From an uncultured archaeon (GTDB lineage Archaea > Altiarchaeota > Altiarchaeia > IMC4 > SCGC-AAA252-I15): a stretch of DNA of 10,590 nucleotides. The stretch is from contig CABMCB010000052.1 of assembly GCA_902384455.1 (NCBI GenBank), positions 1 to 10,590 of the forward strand. The letters run 5' to 3'. The notes under the pieces were generated by a model. That model searched no databases. It was not told the origin of the DNA and worked only from the letters and a program-made list of their open reading frames with translations. Positions 7,195 to 10,590 of this stretch are shown piece by piece (positions within the stretch are counted from its first letter, which is position 1; every line of letters begins with the position of its first letter). A program made the position numbers and the translations under genes.

Positions 7195-8760
7195 CTAAAT
7201 ATCCTCTTCAGGAGGAGTCCTCGGCCGCCCGACGTTAAGGCCGATGCCGTAGATTGTGTCGCGTCCTAGTTGTCTTATTGCGGATGTTATTCTCATTAGT
7301 GTCCAGCCGGGTTGTACTTCGGATGCCATGGTGATTCCGCCTGTTTTGTCTATTTCGTAGTTTGCGTGGCCTTCTATTTTGACGAGGTATGGTGTGCCGT
7401 TTTGTAGTATGTAGCCGTCTTGTATTGCGCGGACTAGTTCTGGGGGTGTGGGTGCTCTTTGTAGTCCCCATGTTATTTCTGTGCGGCCTACTCCCATCAG
7501 TCCTTTGGGTAGGCGGGGTGTTATGTTGGGTGATTCGTGTTCGTCTGTTTCGAAGTGGGTTTGTTTTTGGGCGAATTTTGAGAGTATCATGTTCATTGCG
7601 TTTGGCGTGAGTGTTGTTCCGTATTCTGGTTTTTGGGTTAGTTCTCTGTCTGCCCAGTTTTGGATTAGGCGTGCGTGTTTGCTTAGTGGGTTGAATATCA
7701 TCGGCGTTTTTTGCCCGAATAGTTCTGTGAATGAGGGGTATGTGTTGAAGTTGGCTACTGAGTCCATGTAGGTTAGTACTCGCACGAATTCTTGGTGTGT
7801 GAGTCTGCCGAATGCTACGTGGTCGAATATTCCGTCGCGGGGCAGAAGCGGGTCGCCTGCGGGGTGCGCTAGTCCTAAAGCGAGTCTTCCTTTTTGGCGG
7901 TAGGCGTTTAGTTCGTCAAGTAGGGGCCATGTGTCGCCTGGGATGGCGAGTGCGGGTACGCCTCTTTTTTTTCGGGATAGTATTGTTTGTTGGACTTCTT
8001 GGGCGGTTTGTGGGTCGGAGAACCATGCGACTACGTGGAATCCTCTGGGTTTGTTTTCTCCTATTGGGATGGTGATTTCCGCCGCGGGTATCATCGTTAT
8101 GTTGGCGTGTTGGGCTTTGTCTTGGGTTATGTAGTATGCTTCTTGGTCGAAGTTGTTGTGGGCTGTTATTGCGCCGTAGTCGTAGTGGTAGTACATCATT
8201 TCCCGGATTTTGTTTCGGTCTGTTGCTATGCCGTCGTCTCTGACTACGAGAGTTGTTTGCTGTCCGTCTTGGTGTTTGATTGCGAATCCTATGTGGGTGT
8301 GCGCTTCGAAGTATCGGACGTTTGATGGTTTGGTTTGGGATGCCGCTTCCGCTGCGGCTTTGACTCTTACAGCCCATTCGTCAGGGGTTTCTGCCGGGTT
8401 GTATACTAGTTTTATGCGCTGTTCTTCAGGGCCGTCTTTTGTCCAGCCGGGGTTGGTGAAGTAGGCGACAGGAGCTTTTCCTGTCGTGTCTACGAAGACG
8501 AAGAAGTTTGATGTTGTTGCCGACCCCCTGTTGAATATGACTTCGCCTTCGTTCACTATTTTACGGTCGGGGTCGCTTATCCTGCTGTATCCTGCGACCG
8601 CAAGAAGTACAGTCAGCTTGTCTACGCACTCCCTTTTTCTGGCGGCAGAAACCGCGGCCATCTCCATGACTAAAGGCACTATGTTGTCGGAGGATGGCGT
8701 TAACACCGCGCCTCCGTCTGCGTTGCCTACAACGTTGGAAGCGAAACGCGGGGGATTCAT
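7195..8760 (-). CDS. Divergent PHP-family metal-dependent phosphoesterase with ~145-aa N-terminal extension
   Basis: Candidate metal ligands in PHP order: H154-x-H156, D175/176 (DDG), H201 (AITAHN), E228 (PAAEI), H242, H299 (LAHP), D406-x-H408. Confidence 0.75.
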   Translation of the reverse strand: MNPPRFASNVVGNADGGAVLTPSSDNIVPLVMEMAAVSAARKRECVDKLTVLLAVAGYSRISDPDRKIVNEGEVIFNRGSATTSNFFVFVDTTGKAPVAYFTNPGWTKDGPEEQRIKLVYNPAETPDEWAVRVKAAAEAASQTKPSNVRYFEAHTHIGFAIKHQDGQQTTLVVRDDGIATDRNKIREMMYYHYDYGAITAHNNFDQEAYYITQDKAQHANITMIPAAEITIPIGENKPRGFHVVAWFSDPQTAQEVQQTILSRKKRGVPALAIPGDTWPLLDELNAYRQKGRLALGLAHPAGDPLLPRDGIFDHVAFGRLTHQEFVRVLTYMDSVANFNTYPSFTELFGQKTPMIFNPLSKHARLIQNWADRELTQKPEYGTTLTPNAMNMILSKFAQKQTHFETDEHESPNITPRLPKGLMGVGRTEITWGLQRAPTPPELVRAIQDGYILQNGTPYLVKIEGHANYEIDKTGGITMASEVQPGWTLMRITSAIRQLGRDTIYGIGLNVGRPRTPPEEDI

Positions 8761-8862
8761 CCATTATTTTTAGGTAAAACGAGGGTTTAACATCAGGGAG
8801 ACGGGTTTAGGCCGCATTGTTTAATTAGTTGACTAAGGCAATAGTTCCGTCAGGGGATTGCT

Positions 8863-9288
8863 ATGAGCATTGTTCAGGAGTTTAAGGATTTTGCCGTTAA
8901 GGGCAACGTGGTTGACATGGCGGTTGGTATCATAATTGGTGCCGCATTCGGGAAGATTGTCAGTTCTCTGGTGAACGACATGGTTATGCCGCCTATCGGG
9001 TTGATTTTGGGGAACGTTGATTTCTCCAATTTGTTCCTCGACTTGTCTGGGAAAGGATTCAAGACGCTCGCCGAAGCGAAAACCGCAGGCGCCCCAGTCA
9101 TAGCGTACGGCTCATTCATAAACGCGATAATAGACTTCACAATAATGGCGTTCGTCATCTTCATTATGGTGAAGCAGATTAACAAACTTAAGAAGCATGA
9201 GGAAGCCAAACAGGCCGCAGCCCCGCCTGAGCCGACTGCTGAAGTCAAACTTCTCACCGAGATTAGGGACGAACTGAAGAAGAAATAA
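8863..9288 (+). CDS. mscL: Large-conductance mechanosensitive channel MscL
   Basis: [34 protein letters not shown]...[11 protein letters not shown]...[10 protein letters not shown] signature. Confidence 0.98.
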   Translation: MSIVQEFKDFAVKGNVVDMAVGIIIGAAFGKIVSSLVNDMVMPPIGLILGNVDFSNLFLDLSGKGFKTLAEAKTAGAPVIAYGSFINAIIDFTIMAFVIFIMVKQINKLKKHEEAKQAAAPPEPTAEVKLLTEIRDELKKK

Positions 9289-9292
9289 AAGT

Positions 9293-9341
9293 AAAAAAAA
9301 AGTGTGGGAGGCCGCTTTTTTTATGGCGGCCTCTGTTTTTT
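9293..9341. terminator. Putative bidirectional hairpin terminator between convergent genes
   Basis: Stem GAGGCCGC (9308-9315)/GCGGCCTC (9326-9333), T-run downstream (9336-9341), A9 run upstream (9293-9301). Confidence 0.75.
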
Positions 9342-9346
9342 GGTTT

Positions 9347-9940
9347 TTATTTGTACATGTCGTTGGCTAGTTCTATTGCTGTTTCTATGTCGCCCATGTC
9401 TTTTGCGCCTCCTTTGAGCATTCCTCTTATTTCTGTTAGGTATGTTTGGGGTCTTGCGCTTCGGGCGTCTTTGGTTGCTTGTAATATTGCTTTTAGTGCG
9501 GCTACTTTGGCTGGTTCTCCGCCTTGTATGTGGGCTAGGTCTGTTGTGGATATTCCTTCAAGTAGCGTTTTGACTTCGCCTTGTGGTCCTGTTGGTACGA
9601 ATGCGAGGAAGGCTCTGATTACTCCTTCTGCTGTTTCTGCTTGAGGTGCTGCTGTTGCTGGGGCTGGTGCAGGCGGTTTGACGGTTACTGGTGGAGCGGC
9701 TTGTTGCGGTGGTGCTTGAGGTCTTGGCGCTGGCGCTTGGGCTGGCGCTTGAGGTCTTTGAGCAGGAGGTTGAGCGGGTCTTTGAGCGGGTGCTTGAGGC
9801 CGTGCGGGAGCAGGTTCAGGGACGTCTCCTCGCCTTGGTGGAGGCTCAGGTTTCTTTTCTGTCGGCGGTGCCGGCGTGTGAACAGTTTCGTCGCCTTTAC
9901 TTGAGTCGGTGAGCTTTCGAGTTCCTTCTTTGGGGGGCAT
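9347..9940 (-). CDS. Hypothetical protein with Pro/Ala/Gln-rich disordered N-half and helical C-terminal domain
   Basis: 197-aa ORF, AAGAGGT upstream of the ATG, RPQAPAQ-like repeats, ends at the terminator. Confidence 0.8.
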   Translation of the reverse strand: MPPKEGTRKLTDSSKGDETVHTPAPPTEKKPEPPPRRGDVPEPAPARPQAPAQRPAQPPAQRPQAPAQAPAPRPQAPPQQAAPPVTVKPPAPAPATAAPQAETAEGVIRAFLAFVPTGPQGEVKTLLEGISTTDLAHIQGGEPAKVAALKAILQATKDARSARPQTYLTEIRGMLKGGAKDMGDIETAIELANDMYK

Positions 9941-10016
9941 TTTAATCAGACCTCTTTGGTGTTGTTATCTACGCGCTTTTTGCGGTAATAAATCGCTTTT
10001 CCCTAAAAATGTGATT

Positions 10017-10589
10017 ATGCGGGTTTCTGCGCCTCCTGCGGTTGACGAAGCCGTCGTTGGAGGCGAGGAGCTGCCTTCTGCCTTAGACCGCGTTCCAGCC
10101 ATATTACTTGATGTCGCCGTTCACGCTGGCACTGAAAAATCAAGGATTTTCCTTGCGGAAACCGAAGACACGGCAGAATCCGAAGACCGCTATAGAATCC
10201 GGACTAGAATCCAAAAGGAGGGACCTGACGAGTTCCGTAGGGCGGCGGTCAGGGAGGGCTTCAGGAGGCGGTTGGCTTCGTTGTCGGATGAGGAGAAAGT
10301 TGATTTGGCGGTTCAGCTTGTTGACTACGTGAGAGGAAACCACAATAAAAGTCCTCTAGTAGCCAAGGCGGCTCTTGAACAGTGCATTAATCCGGATTTG
10401 ATGGGGACGGTGGATGGGAGTGTTTTGTCTGGTTACGTTGCTTATCGTGCGCGGCCTCATGGGTATAGGTCTTCATCGGATGATGGGGGGGTGAAGCGTG
10501 TGTTGGCTAAGCGGCCGGGGGGGGAGGCCAGGGAGGTTAAGTGGGGGCTGGACCGGGGGGGTGATGTGGGGGGTGTTCGGCGGCAGTCC
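10017..10589 (+). CDS. Hypothetical protein, 3'-truncated by the window edge
   Basis: Manual translation from ATG 10017 gives MRVSAPPAVDEAVVGGEELPSALDRVPAILLDVAVHAGTEKSRIFLAETEDTAESEDRYRIRTRIQKEGPDEFRRAAVREGFRRRLASLSDEEKVDLAVQLVDYVRG..., open for 191 codons. Divergent from 9940, with TAATAAAT in the gap. Absent from the ORF track. Confidence 0.75.
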   Translation, partial: MRVSAPPAVDEAVVGGEELPSALDRVPAILLDVAVHAGTEKSRIFLAETEDTAESEDRYRIRTRIQKEGPDEFRRAAVREGFRRRLASLSDEEKVDLAVQLVDYVRGNHNKSPLVAKAALEQCINPDLMGTVDGSVLSGYVAYRARPHGYRSSSDDGGVKRVLAKRPGGEAREVKWGLDRGGDVGGVRRQS

Positions 10590-10590
10590 G

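Noticed and set aside
7235-8773. Numerous alternative-frame and antisense ORFs over the PHP gene (and similar ones over the lipoprotein, aSelBL, DJ-1 and mscL)
   Set aside because: Low-complexity translations explained by strand skew; they overlap better-supported genes.
10108-10343. Track ORFs 10108..10332 (+) and 10140..10343 (-)
   Set aside because: Both lie within the longer open frame starting at 10017.

Overview
A gene-dense, apparently archaeal chromosomal segment. The inference rests on an aSelBL-type translation factor, an archaeal-style SpoIIM/DUF95 protein, TATA-like boxes ~25 nt before SD-less starts, and DPANN-like surface proteins; Altiarchaeota-like is a guess. It holds about 13 CDS: a truncated helical hypothetical protein (missed by the ORF track), a DUF861-type cupin, a lipoprotein with ten Cys-paired 26-aa repeats, a Ser/Thr-rich membrane-anchored surface protein with perfect 45-bp and 24-bp tandem repeats, a small orphan, a GuaD-like Zn deaminase, a SpoIIM-family membrane protein with an inserted soluble domain, an aSelBL protein with a degenerate G domain, a DJ-1/PfpI protein, a divergent PHP phosphoesterase, mscL, a Pro/Gln/Ala-rich orphan and a truncated orphan ending in G-tracts (also missed by the track). 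I see no RNA genes, CRISPR array or mobile element, and no clear-cut novel multi-gene system. The most unusual signal is compositional: kb-scale blocks of extreme G+T versus A+C strand skew that ignore gene orientation and appear to flip inside genes.
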